A stretch of 64,000 bases of DNA from Lama guanicoe (Eukaryota), in NCBI GenBank assembly GCA_013239625.1, contig MU056216.1, positions 7,748,363-7,812,362 on the forward strand, written 5' to 3'. Shown here piece by piece: positions 11,713-25,000 of this stretch. The notes beneath the pieces were generated by a model. It was given only the letters and a program-made list of their open reading frames with translations, was not told where the DNA came from and ran no database searches. Within the stretch, counting starts at the first letter, position 1; each line of letters begins with the position of its first letter. A program made the position numbers and the translations under genes.

Positions 11713-14396
11713 GTCATTGTCTTGGATAAGTGTCTAATGTTAACTATCTTACTTCTTTGGGAGAAAGAAGAGATAACACCATTGGAAATTTAATACATTT
11801 ATTTTGCTGTATTTGGGCATAAGAAATAAAATGATAACTTTTCATTTCAGAATTCCCTATTTGAAATTAAATGTTCTTCTTTCTGGTGCCATCAGACAGC
11901 ATGGAATTTGATATGACTTGAAGTACACTCTCAAACCTAAAGTTGAAAATAAGCAATTTTAAACATAAGCAGACTTGTGTTAACCCTACTTTTTTTTCTT
12001 TTTTTCTTTTTTGCCAGAGCCTAAAAATCAGGAGGGGGTTTTGTTCATAAGGCAGAGAAAACACAGCTGGCACTGTGGCAAGCATTCAGGGCATCAGACG
12101 TTTGGTATTGTAAATGCAATTCACATTGAAAATGCAATTCATTAGTTGATAAGGCAGTTTAGTGAATAATACCAGCAAGTTTATAAAACATTACAGCTTA
12201 AAAGATGTTTTCATATCATCTGGGTCAGAGTTCTGTATTGAGTATCTGATGTTTTTATTAAAAGAACACGATTTTGGAATGGAGTACATAAGTTGTGGAC
12301 ATCTTTGCTGGGAAACACGCTTCTAGTCTGTTAATTTGCGTGCTTGATTCTGAAGGAATGTGTCTTTGTATTCTAAAATCTGAAACACCATATGACAAGA
12401 CAGCACCTGCCATCCCAGACCACAATGTGTCTACATTATTAAACACCATTTGTGGCGCTGCTGGAAGAAATTCAAGGACTGGAAAGCCCAAAAGAGAAGG
12501 TCTACGTTTTAGACATTTTCTTACGGCTTTTCTGCTTGGAACAGCATTACGTCTACAGCAAAAGCAACGACACAGGGAATAAAAGATCTCCCTGTTCTGG
12601 GAGAAAACATACACCTGCCCCTCAAATGTAATAGTGTCAGTGTTTCTTTTCTCCAGACCTGGACATTGTAAATCTGCCTTGTCTCAGCCTCGTATTCCAA
12701 TATCATAAGTACGAGATTTTCGCAAACAAGCATCCATAAAAGTCAGCAGAGCACTCTGCTTAGAGGCTCATGCTTTTACAGTACCTTCGACAGGGTTGGT
12801 TATGACTATACAGTTAGTGTCACACCAAGGAAAAGTCTGTGTCAAGGTCACAATCTGAATCGCTCTCTCTGGCCTGACATAGGACAAGTGTGTGCTGCTG
12901 GTCACAAAGGGAGGCTGAATGAGAGAGGATGGGAAACAGCTCCAGTCATGAGGGTGATTGATGGGGGGTTCCTAGGAACTGGAAGATAAAGGGCACCCCA
13001 CACAAACTAGGTGACCTTCAGGGGTGTGGTGTACTAGGGTAACCCCGAAACTTCCAGATGCGTCGCTGCCGTGAATTTAGCTTTGATCCTGATTGTGTCA
13101 GCTTTGATGAACTCGTCCAGTGGTGCGTGCTCTTCTTAGCACGTTGTTCTGAAATGGCCCTGCAATGACTTAAGTAGCAATTGACCAACTATCTTCATCC
13201 TTTGGGTGAGAACTAAAACCTTTGAATTTCCTATGCAAGATACTGTTGGGCACAATGAAAGTATGTCAAACTTCTCTCCCCTCCAACTTTGTGCACAGTT
13301 AAGGCTGGATGGAACGGGAGGAGGTTGAAAGGAGACAGGTAAGCAGAGGAAAACTAGGTCAACTTTGCTTCTCGCCTCCTCTTCATTATTAATTCAACTA
13401 CAGATGCTCTCTCCCTTCTCTCTGCTCCACAGACAGCCGGCACCACGAGCCAGGGCCGCCCCCTCACCGCCTCCTGGCTCCCATCAGGCCAACCAAGTGG
13501 ATAAACCCAGGGAAACAGAAGGACGATCTTTTAGGACAAGCTGTGTTCACTGTTTAGAAATAGCACTGAAATGTCCAAATTGTTTTCTCAGGGCATCGAT
13601 GCAGAGATGGAAATGTTCATTGTTAAAGATACTGCCTCGTGGCTGATCACAGTGTTAAATGTTTGGTATCGTTTCATCCCATGAGCTTTGTAATACAGTC
13701 GTTACCTGGTTTGCTCTCGTGGGTCTTGGGTCCAAATACACCAAAATTACAAAGGATTCACAAAACTTAGGTGTTCAGTCCTGTCTTTGCCTCAGGAATA
13801 AAGGTAATCATAAGGAAATATTGGTTGTTCTGTAATATTTAACATGTCGATGACTTGCTGAGTGCTTATTTCTTTATCTCAAAGTGGAATTAACAAACCC
13901 ACTCTTTAACCTTTCTCCAAGGATGTGGCAAAGCTGAATGTTTTTTAAAGCATATTCCATAGAAAAAGGAAGAAACATTTTTTCTATGGTAAGAATAGGA
14001 AAAAAAAACAAAAAAGAGAGATCAGAATGACACCTTACCTGAAACCTATTTGCAGATAGACTGTGGAGGAGTGAGGTGAGGTACCTAAAATCTGCCCAAC
14101 CTAAACAGCGGGCCAAAGGATGCTGGTTTTGAAAATAAGAAATGAAAAGTCATGGAACGTCCAAGTCGAGAGTGATTAGCCAGACACAGCTAGCACCATC
14201 TATTGTTGGTTAATAGGGTGGAGGGGGGAGCTAGCCTTGACTGAATCGTGTGAGAGCGTCCCTTTCCGAGGGTTAAGCCCAACCCTTCCCTGGTGGTGGG
14301 TGCAGTTATCTCCCGAGATTCTGGGCCTGGCCCGGTACCTCGAGACTCGGGCGCTCGGACCGACGATCTTTATCCTCTGTTCCTCTTCCCCCACAG

Positions 14397-14481
14397 AGCT
14401 CCCAGCATGGTGGCTCCTCCACTTCACTCGCGTCCACCAAAGTCTGCAGCTCGATGGATGAGAATGACGGACCTGGAGAAG
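14397..14481 (+). CDS. DCLK1: DCLK1 exon, Ser-rich linker ([28 protein letters not shown])
   Basis: Polypyrimidine tract + ccacag acceptor; 85 nt; donor AAG|gtggtg (alternative donor 3 nt downstream, see findings). Confidence 0.93.
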
Positions 14482-17112
14482 GTGGTGAGCTTGGGACCTG
14501 CTGTCTGAGGAGCAGGTTGTGCTTGTACTGGGCAGAGGATGGGTTGGCTACACTTACACCGGGGAGCTGTCACTTCCCCAGCAGACTGAGCCTGAAGCAG
14601 CTCCGAAGGGTTATAGCAAGGGGGTAGGACTGAACGTGGCTCCCACCAGGGACCAGTATGTACTGGGGGCAGGAAGAGGATGTTAGCCTCATGTGGAGAT
14701 GTTCCCCACCCTCTGAGGGCATAAGCATTCTAAGAAGGCCAGCTGCTGCCCACTTTTCAAATACAAGGGGGTAATTGTTTCCTTTGTCCCAAATTCTGTT
14801 CACATTTAGAACATTAAGAATATTTTCTCTCGTGATTGACTGTAACAGCCCTGCAGAGACACTCTAACCTAAGTGAAGTCAGTATGTGAAAGTCTGGCTT
14901 TACAAAAAGAATCGATGGCAACTGCAAAAATATTCTTTGTACCTTAAGCTAATTCATTTTAGAAAGTGGTCAGATGACCTGGATTCCAGAATCAACTTTT
15001 TTTTTTTTGCTAACAACTACCGGTTTGTTTTGGATAAGCCTCTTCTATGAAATGGAGATTGTAATACAGGACTCGCCGGGGGTTTTTTATCAGGCTCAAA
15101 TCAATTACAGGAAAGTATTTAGAAACTAAAGTAAAAACCAATATGATCAAGCCACTGTTAAAGGATCAGCACCCCTCATTTGTTTTAAATCATATGATTA
15201 AATTTTCCCAAAGAGTGCCATTTGGGGGAGGCACTTTTATTATGTCACGTGAGATATGTGACTTACCCAGGGATTATTTTCTGACTACCATGCAATATCA
15301 GCCTTTTTTGGTATTTCCAGAAGTATGAGATTCAGCCACTCGGAGGTCTCTTTTGTCCCAATGTATTTTATTTACCTAATGAAATGAAATGGGCCTTGAC
15401 TAAGCCTTTGGCTAAGTCTTCTTAGGCAAAAGCCTAAAAGCTACGTTTTCTCAATAGTCAGGGGGAAGTCCCATGCCATGTGCTCCAGCTGGGCGCCCAC
15501 TGGAAGGAAGGGTCGGAAGCACCTCCTTCCATTTCCCATCCAAAGTCAGGCTTGCCTCCAACAGCCAAGGATGGTTACTTTTATTATCCGTGTAGCAAAG
15601 AGCCTTAAGACCATGTCATCTGAGAGATGTTTTGTAAATTCGGGTGCTTTACAGTGGATTTGAAACTTCTCCAACCGTCTCTGGTAATAACCATGGACTA
15701 GACAAAAATCCCCAGGCTGAATCCTTCAAACGGAGGCAGAATTGTGGCTTCTTTGGGGTGAGACAACGGGCTTAGGGAGGCTAGGTTCCAGCTCTCACTT
15801 TATTCTTGAGACCACTGAGATAACTTCTAGTGAGTTAAGCGTCAAACGTCACCTATAAAGAGGTGAAGAGGCTGCACAAATGCCAGGGACAACCGTGGCA
15901 GCAGCGAACGTCCTGCATCTGTACAATGCTGTCCAGAAATTTCACCCACTCTAGGATCCAGAGTGGTGCAGATTGGAAATGATCACACAAGCAGCGTAAG
16001 TAAGGGTCCCAAAGCAGATGTCTGATGATTGTGAGTTTCCACTTCCTGTTCCCCAACCATGCAGACTAAACTAAACAAGAATACAAAAATCGCCAAGAAA
16101 GCCTATTTGCCACCTAAGGTTTTAATTTTATTTTGAGAAGAAATGTTTAGTCTCAGTTTATGATTAAAGGTCAGAAAAGGAGCACATTTAGAAAGCACAC
16201 GAGGCTTCCATCACATTTTGTATTCAGGTTGCCTGAGGGAGAGCCAGGATTTATAACTTTAAAGCATGTAAATTTTAGAGCCCAGCTATAAAGAGCTTTT
16301 TATACCCCTAAGATGTTAAAGGTTATCCACGATATTTATGTGCCCCTAAGTGTGGCTTATTTAGTTTTACGGCCTAAGATATTTAAAGCATTATTAGGCA
16401 TTTGTAAAATATTTCAAAATGCATTTTAAGGGGGGAAAATGCGTTGTGTTAGTGGCACTAACATAATTGAAACTACAAAACTGTTCTGTTCACAGACATA
16501 ATAGATACTGCAATTTTAACTCAACATCTGCTACGCAGGTTGCTGGTGGGAACACTTGTCTAAAATCTGCTCATTGATATTGGGGAGGGGGAGCAATCAC
16601 TGCTTAGTTCATGAGGAATTTTACAGAGATCTCGATTTCAGGATGTAGTAAAGCTAAGTGTCCAAACAGCAGGCATTTTTCATGCTTGTTGAATGTCAAG
16701 CGGCCCAGAGTCCCTTACGAACGGCATTTTCCTCCAGACCTAGGAATGTCGTTTCTCTGTACACCAAGGGTATTCAGTAAACACTGTTGATCAAATTGGC
16801 ATGAAATGAAAAGCAAAACTTCCTGCTCAGAATCCCCACTGCAGCAGAAAGCAGGAGTCGCTTTTACGTAGGTGGGAGCAGGCCTCATCCATTTTACATT
16901 TCCTTTTGGTTCATCATTTGTCTTGGTACAAACTATGGATTATACAACGTCAGCAGGGATGGAGGGGCTGGCCTTGCTGTACAGAAGGTGACACATTGGT
17001 TCTGAATCAGTGCCAGTCTACTCGAGGATATTTCTCAACTTCTAAACGTCTCCTTTGCGCAACATCTGTGTTCCCTTTTCTACCAATAAAACCATACTAA
17101 TGATTCTTTCAG

Positions 17113-17221
17113 AAGTGTCGGAGGAAGGCTTCCAGATTCCAGGCACAATAACAGAGCGGTATAAAGTCGGAAGAACAATAGGAGATGGAAATTTTGCTGT
17201 TGTCAAGGAATGTGTAGAGAG
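17113..17221 (+). CDS. DCLK1: DCLK1 exon, kinase start and G-loop ([37 protein letters not shown])
   Basis: Branch-like tactaat 17095-17101, ttctttcag acceptor, donor AG|gtgaga; 109 nt, phases 1/2 fit neighbours. Confidence 0.97.
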
Positions 17222-18594
17222 GTGAGAAGGGTATCATTTGCCTCGAACTTTAGAGGAAACGTTTGGCATTGTGTTTTCCAAGGTCGGGTCTTTATTTGCA
17301 GTCTGTGGCACATATGGAATAGGTTAATGTCTCAAGTCCAGATGTAAAAAAAAAATTTTAAAGAAAGAACAGCCCATCTAACAGCAGATTTGAAAAATGT
17401 AGTGATTCCTGGGGACGATCAATAAATTAAGGACTTTGATTTTTCTTTTTAATGTACTCAGCAAAACTTTGCCAGATCTTTCAGGTAAGTCCTTTTATTT
17501 TGTTAAAAAAATATGTATATTGAGTAGTATTTTTTATGTTTTTTGGAGACATTTTGTAGAGGCAAGACGTCCTTATATGGGGTGTATATCTCTAACATGT
17601 ACTTTAGTAAAATTAAATATAATAACTTTGGAAAGCTTTGAAGTGCCTAGGTACTGATCCCAACCCAAAAATGGCGTGTAATACGTTCAAGTGTTTTAAA
17701 ATGAATGAGCCAGGCGTTCTTATGGGACCAGAGGGAAGGATTTAGAGTGAAAGGTTTATCCCTGGGATCCTGACAGCTGATCAGGGACGGTAGCTGGCGG
17801 CTACCAGATAGAGAAGTGACAAGTGATAGTTACAGCCCCGGTTAAGGCGGCCTCCACCCCGAGCCCAGCATCAGGATTGGAATTCGTTTCTTAAGGGGAA
17901 CCCGGTCAGCCAGCAGCTTCTTCTTGGACTGGTAAGCCTGGCACTGAAGAGCCAGGGGAACTCGTCTCGCTCCTTGAGGGAGGTGTAGGCTGGCTTCCTG
18001 GGGGCTGGCCTGGGGTGCGCACACTACCCCCCGACTCTTTGCCCCCCAAGGGGGTGTGCCCTACCCAGCTGCTTCTCAACACGCGGCGGAAAGATTGCTC
18101 TAAGCTCCCCTCCACTTCTGCTCAGAGAGGATGCCTTGCACTGGAGGTTGTACCTGCAAGACCCAGAACTTATTTTTCTCCAAGGCCTTCAACTTGGAAA
18201 TGAAGATCCACGCCCACTCAGGGCTGCAAGTCTCCCAGGGCCTCAGACACCGTGAGGGGCCTGAGTTTGGCCAGTGCTGACATGCACCCTTCACCACCTG
18301 CCCGACTGAGGCAGCGGGGCCCTCGTGAAGCTACCCTGGAGCAACGCGTCTCAGACTTTGCCCCCCAACACATCGGCTGGGCCGAGACATTGCCGACGAC
18401 AGTGCCAGTGACCCCCTAGAGCAGCCGCTTTTGGGGGGAGGCGCACGAGTAACGAGCATGACAAACCCCTCAGGAGAGCCTGCCGGGCCCCCTGTGCCCC
18501 TCCCCTCTCGCCACTCCCACCACGAAGCTTGTGTTACTGCCAAATACAGAAGAGTCCTCATGGGCTCCCTCACACCTCGCTGACAGGAACAACT

Positions 18595-18825
18595 GCTGTT
18601 TATGGAGCATAAACCTTACAGAAGGCCCTTAACTTAGGATACTTCGTTTAATTATCATAATAATCCCATAGTATCAGTACTGTCTACGTCTTCCATAAAG
18701 AACGCCTGGAGAAGCTGAACGCCCGAGTAAGCAAGTGCTCGGCCCCTAAATGCTCGGCAAGGCACGGCTTCGAGCTCAGCTCCCAAACCCGCGCTTCTGG
18801 ACCACTCTACTCCACTGCCTCCTGC
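18595..18825 (-). mobile_element. MIR (diverged, CpG-rich)
   Basis: tttaattatcataataatcccat ... accactctactccactgcctc match the reverse-complement MIR layout. Confidence 0.55.
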
Positions 18826-21800
18826 CTCCGACAGGGGGTCTCCGTGAGGATGTGGCTTAGCTGAGCCAAAGCCACACAGGCCACGTTTGTCCCTGTGCCA
18901 AGAAGACAGAAGTTAAATCGGGAAAGCCATTCCCAAGGTATAATGGATGGACACGCATGTCTGTTTATTTCATTTGTACTGTTTCTAATCGTAAATCCAA
19001 CCCTTTTCGACTTAGTCTCCGCCACAGCAGAAAATCCCAGCTTTAGCAGATTGCCGTGCCCTCCGGCTGCGGGGTGTCTGGTCCCTGGCCAGTGAGCGTC
19101 ATCTGCTGAGTCTGGGGGGGGAGCGGCCGCTTACTGTTTGTCCTGGCGAGTCCTCCCATCGCGATGGTGTCTCAGCTCCATGGTCCTGGTCTTCCCTGAA
19201 TAGAAACTTCTCATCTCCCCATCCCGGATTAATCTCTTTCTTTCCAGTTTGGATGTGTTCATTTTGCATGAGTTCATATCTTGGGTCTTCTTGTATGAAC
19301 CGTCAGAGCCTAAACAGAAGACAACTCCCGCTGAACGAAGACATATGGCATCTGCCCTCTCTTCCCCAGAGCTCTCACAAAACATTGTTTTAATATTTTC
19401 CAGAGGTCCAGGAAAATAAAAGCGAGCTCAGAATGTTTTGAATGACACACGCATTGCTTGCGGGGGTACATTCTGCCATCTTTTGAAGGATGAATATGTA
19501 TTAACAAGAGCAAGCACGTCCCTCCTCTGGTAACAATACGCTGTCGCAGGGAAGGTTTCCCCACAACAATGGAAGCAACACCAGAGCTGCCCAGGCCCCC
19601 TTGCCGGGGTCCTGTGCCAGCACATCTGGTCATGGTGGCTGCCAGGTCCTCTTGGTTTCTGCCTGTCTCCCGGTAGCACCGTCTCCAGCGAGCTTGGGAG
19701 CCCTTAGGACGTCCAAACAGAAGTGGACTTTTGAAGCTGCCCTGTGGAGCCTTTCGAGGCCCCAGAGAAAACTCGAAAAGCTGAAAAGCGCTCAGAAGAG
19801 GTCCGAGCATGGGTCAGGGGTTTACGGTGAGATGCCCTTCAGCTCTGGCTCTCTGGCTCCCTCGCTCCGTGTGGACTAATTATCATTTGAGCCCAGGGTA
19901 CCAGTGATGCGGTCGCATCACTGAATGGTGTCTCAGGTGGCTCCCGGCCTCCTCCCCACCTGCACTGCCCACATGTTTTAGTCTCGCAGGCATCAGCACT
20001 GGGTTAAAATGCTAGCTGCTTGTGATTCCCTCTCTCCCCCTCCACCTGTAAACCCGGAGAAGTACACAGCGAAGCGCTGGCTCTGGCGGTGAACCTAGAC
20101 GGGCCCAAACCCACCTGCACGAGACAGGACTTGAGTGTCAACAACACGGATTGCATCCACCTGGAAAATCTTCAGAATTTTCGAGAACCTCTGTACCTAC
20201 CATTAGAAGGCATTTCCTTCTGAAGTGGGATATGGAAGGTAAGTTCATGTGAAGAGGTGTAAGGATCTCTCAGCTACCTGTCAGCATTCGTCCTGTTTTC
20301 CTTCTGAAAGGTGCTCTGGCACCCGATAACCATAGGGCCCACGTTCGAATTCAAACTAAAAGTCTACTCGCGCTGTCTGACAAGACACTCGGGGATGCCT
20401 CACTTCTCTGCTTACAGAGGCTGAGATTTCACTTTATGATGCTTACTTGGCAAACAAAGGGTGCTGTTGACCAACCCCTCTTTCCTGGTGTTGGGGGCGG
20501 GGTCTTGTCACTGTCCTAACTGCCACCAACATGTATGGAGCCCCTTCTTGGCACTTCTGGGGCTGCAGAGAGAGTCAAGACACAGCCCCTTTGCTGGAGA
20601 ACCTGACCTGTGAGCGAAGGATTGCCATGGAATTCCACAAGTGCTATAGTAGAGGAAGGCCTGAGAAGCTGCATTTCATCTTCCACGAAACCTTTTCAAA
20701 AACCTTCAAAACAGAGCAAACAACTAAAAGCATGTTATTCCAGAGCACCCTTTTTATAAGCATCCCACTGTGCTCCCGGGCTGGGGGAAGGGGCGAGGAG
20801 GAGACTGCCCCAGGGCTGAGAGTCATTAAGTTAAACACGAGAACTTTCTCCAAACTATTTTTAGCACAAACCTGAGAAATTAGATTCAGTTCAAGTTGGT
20901 AAAAATCAGACGTATCTCCGAGTAGTTCGAGCTCTAGCCTTGGGTCAAACTTCATGGGAAACCGACCTGACAAATTGAGTGCCCACAGACAAGGAGGAAA
21001 ACAAAACTTGATTTGCTGTCGCTGCTCTGGCCGTGGCATTTGAGGTTTCTGTAATTTCATAAAAGGTCAAGCATAAAATTTCAGGAACAGACAAGAAAAT
21101 GGCCTGGCTGTTCACCAGCCATCCAGGTGTCTTCGAGTCTTAGCACACCATGCTGTAGACTCCTTGAGGTCAAAGACCAGGTCGCCATCCCCTCTGAAGC
21201 CACCAAAGAACCATGCTCCTAACCGCTTGCTGAATAATTACACCAACGCAGCGGTCCTCAGAGTGTAGGGGATGGAGGAAGGCAGATGCTTTATTGGAAG
21301 TTTTGTTTCTTGCCAAGTGTTTTCACTGACCTACTTAAAGTAGGCAGTGACGTTTTTATTCCTGTGGTATACGTTTAGTCCTAACACCTGTTTTTAGGCT
21401 CATTTTCCAGAGTCAGCAACTTTCCTATAAATACGCACTTCCAGTAATTAAGAAGTTTATTATGACTTTATAGTTCTGTCCTCAAGGAACCCAGGAAGAA
21501 AACTTGCAGTATGCATTGTGGTGGTCCTCCACGGGGCTCACTGATTAAAATAATATGGGCAAAGCTAATTGAGTGTTTGATCCTATTGTGTAAGGTTCTG
21601 GTTCTTCCGCCCACGAGATCCTTTCTTCCTAGTCAGCTCTAGGGCCACCGCGCCCCAGATCTGCTTGCATTTTCACCTCTGCTGTAGGCTCAGGATATAA
21701 CCTGACTGTTTGGTGTCGTGGGAGCCAGGACGCCCACTTGTCCCCTGGGATTCTGCTCCAGGTCTGGCTGGCTGGAGAGGAGAAATCGGACTTCCTAGTC

Positions 21801-23962
21801 CCCCACCAGCTCTGCTCTGAGTTTACGTAGCAAAGCTTTAATGTTATTCCTTCCAGGGAAATGGAGGATCCAGTGATAACGGGGGGGTTGGGGGGTGGGG
21901 GGGTGACAAAGCTAAGAAATACCCCTGCCTTCTCAGCAGCACCGCCCCACCCATCCCCTTTGCGGAGGTGCTGAATGGAAGCTGTCTCTGGTTTGCCTGG
22001 GGCTGCTGGCTCTTATCAGAGCCGTCTGTCCAAGAGTCCAGATTCCCTTGCCATCAAATGAAGTATCTTAAACCAGACAGGAAACTTCTCACATCTTCTG
22101 GTCTCCGATTTGCTTTGTCATAATCTTTTAGTGATTCATGAACAGCAGAATCCAGAAATTCTTCAGCCTTTAGTTTCCTCTTGATGAAGGATTTTCAAAT
22201 TTGCAAACAAACTCTTCAGAAAAGCCCCTTAAAGGGACGCCGTGATCCCTCTGTGATGTGAGGAGTCCCTTGTATATGAGTAATTTCACGTTCGCATTTA
22301 AATGTCTGCTCGTACGTTTTACGTCTCGTGTTAAATATTTCATTTACCCTCTGAGCGAAGTGCTTTTTCTTCATCCCCTTCCCGCAGTACACAGCCTCTC
22401 TGAAGGTCTGGCGTTTATGTGGGGACACCTGGCACCCCAAGCCCTGAGTTTAGCCAAGGCTGACTCACACCTGCCTCCTCGGGGGCCTCAAGAATCAACA
22501 GAGGCCCAGTGGGAGTGGCATCCTTGGGGCTCCTAGTCCATTTCTTCCTGTCATTGAGGCACTTTGGGTTCCTCTGGACACCCCACACCCCCTGCAGGAA
22601 AGCCACCCTGAGGCAGAGGGGTTTACCCCCTCCCATCTGAACCACAAAGCCCTCTGGTGGAGAAAGTAGACTTCACCGTGATGGTTTCAGTCTGGTTTTA
22701 TTCACCAGATACAATTTTAACAATCTGATCGATGCTTATTAGTTTTCTACAAGCTAGTACCGTGAAGGGTCCTAGAAGTGTAGTGAAAGTGTAGTGAAAG
22801 AAGCATTTGAGTAGTAAATGACGTGAATGGTTTCTGAAATGCCCTCGTGAAACACATTGTTAATATCTGGCCTCTTAATTTATTTGTAGGCAAATCACTC
22901 TCTTGGTCTCACTACCCAACTAGGAAATTCCCCTTTCATCCTCCAAACTGAAGATTTTAAAATTCTATTTAAAAATTTTGTTCTTAACCAGCTTCACTCC
23001 CATTGTACATATTTGGATCCCCCAAATTGGCCTTGATCTATAAGTAAAAAGCTAGACTCTCTTGGTTTCCCAGCAGAAATGAAATGGCAATGCTTGAGAA
23101 GTAGTGGTTTCTTGGGATTATCAAGACTGCATTGTGTCCTTTGACAATAGACCTGTCGCATTTGGCACTACAGTACCTTGGAAATGTTAACACAAGTCAG
23201 GAAGCTATTTAAAGGTGCGGTATGACTAAGCTCTCCCTCCCACACCCACCGCGGAGGAGGGGCGGTGTTGGCTGGGCTGTATGCGAGGCAGAGACCCCAA
23301 GAGCTCAAAGTTCTGGGCTTCACACTGCCATGTGGCTGCGGGAAAGTGAGTTGATTTAACTGTCACCTCCATCTCATTTCTGTCACATGAGACAACCATC
23401 AAAGGCCCATGAGGTCACGGGATGCTCAGATAATGGCTGTGTTCCTTTCTCTACTCCTTGAGCACCTCACTCCTGAGGTCCCCAGCAGAGCGCAGAGGGC
23501 CGCACACAACCCCAGTCTGAAGAGGGTGAACTTGCTTCTTGAGAGTTGTCAGTGTGACCGTGAGAGCCATGCTTGAGTTGGGTTGAGAACCTCGAGAGAG
23601 ACTGGGAAGAAGGGCAGGAACTCACACCTGCTCTGTGTCCTGAGCACACACCAGTTCAGAGGGGAGAGCAGGGCAGGGCCACCTCGCGGGAGGAGTCACA
23701 CAGCGGCAGTAACAGCAGTCGGTGAGTTCCGAGTCCCGCAGCATTAACGGCTCAGGATGTTTCTGTGCTAGAGTGCTCGCTGTCCTCACACTTGGCCAAC
23801 CCCTTCAAGTTTACGTATTTCTTTTTAAAAAGGGAAAAGAGAATCTTTTACAAAATATTTGCACCATGATGCAAGATCTACAGGGTAAGAAATTCATCCT
23901 TGATAAGATGATTCAGTAGATCTGAAATTAAGTTTATTTAAAATAAAACTTTCTCTTTGCAG

Positions 23963-24020
23963 GTCGACTGCTAGGGAGTATGCTCTGAAAATTATCAAGA
24001 AAAGCAAGTGTCGAGGCAAA
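23963..24020 (+). CDS. DCLK1: DCLK1 exon with catalytic Lys (STAREYALKIIKKSKCRGK)
   Basis: ttctctttgcag acceptor, AAA|gtatgt donor; 58 nt. Confidence 0.97.
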
Positions 24021-24531
24021 GTATGTATGAAGTTTATTCTTATGGAAATACAGTGTTTGGTGCGGGGAGGGGGCGGATAGAAAGAAACACAAAGGTGAAC
24101 TCCCAGATAAACACAGGTTCACCTTAGGAGCTGCATTTCGGTGGAATAGAATGTTATATTCTTATGAGGATGTTACTTTATTCTGTAAATGTTGCTGGAA
24201 TAAAAGCTAGTTGGAATGATTGGATGTTACTTCTTTTCCTTCTCTGCTTGCCTGTTTGTTCACTTCTTCTGTTACCTTTGTGACCTAAGTTTCATCCCAT
24301 CCTTCTACATGTGATTATTGTAGCTTCTGAAGTTACAAGCATCATCTAAGGACCTTCAACATCTGCTGGCAATTGTAGGCTATCTGAGTATCAGAATCTA
24401 AAATAGACTCATTGTATCTTAGCAAAATACATCTCCCCTGACCTGCAAATAGTCTATAGTTTTGTCCATTTGAGTTAATGCCTCATTTATTTTGACGTGT
24501 ATATCGATTAAGATAACTTTTCCCTGAACAG

Positions 24532-24651
24532 GAGCACATGATCCAGAATGAGGTGTCTATTTTAAGAAGAGTGAAGCATCCCAATATTGTTCTTCTGATT
24601 GAAGAGATGGATGTGCCGACTGAGCTGTATCTTGTCATGGAATTAGTAAAG
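24532..24651 (+). CDS. DCLK1: DCLK1 exon, alphaC to hinge ([40 protein letters not shown])
   Basis: tccctgaacag acceptor, AAG|gtgtgt donor; 120 nt. Confidence 0.97.
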
Positions 24652-24762
24652 GTGTGTATTTCAGAGAACAAAGTGAACCTATACAAGGCGCCCCACTTTC
24701 CAATATAGTAGAGCTTTCTCCTTTATGTCTTCCCAGCAGTGTTCAGTCTTATTTCCATGCAT

Positions 24763-25000
24763 TGGCGTAATGGTTAGGAGTGTTAATACTAGAATTATAC
24801 TGCAAGAGTTCAAGTCCCAGCCGTGACCTAAATAGCTCCCTGACTTTGGGTATACCTCTGTGTGCCTCAGTTCCCTCCTTTGTAAAATAAGAATAATAAT
24901 AGTACCTGCTAGGAGTGTCATTGTGAGGATAAGAGGGATGGCTTTCGCCATCTGTGACACAAAAAGTATTGGATACATATATGATCATTGTTATCATTAT
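24763..25000 (+). mobile_element. MIR
   Basis: gagttcaagtcccagc...ctctgtgtgcctcagttccctcctttgtaaaataagaataataatagtacct...gtgaggataa. Confidence 0.8.

Noticed and set aside
19310-19810. 166-aa minus-strand ORF, and similar ORFs at 27461-27937, 49501-49944, 53317-53814
   Set aside because: No recognisable domain or splice structure; GC-rich intron, antisense to an exon or inside decayed repeats; expected by chance
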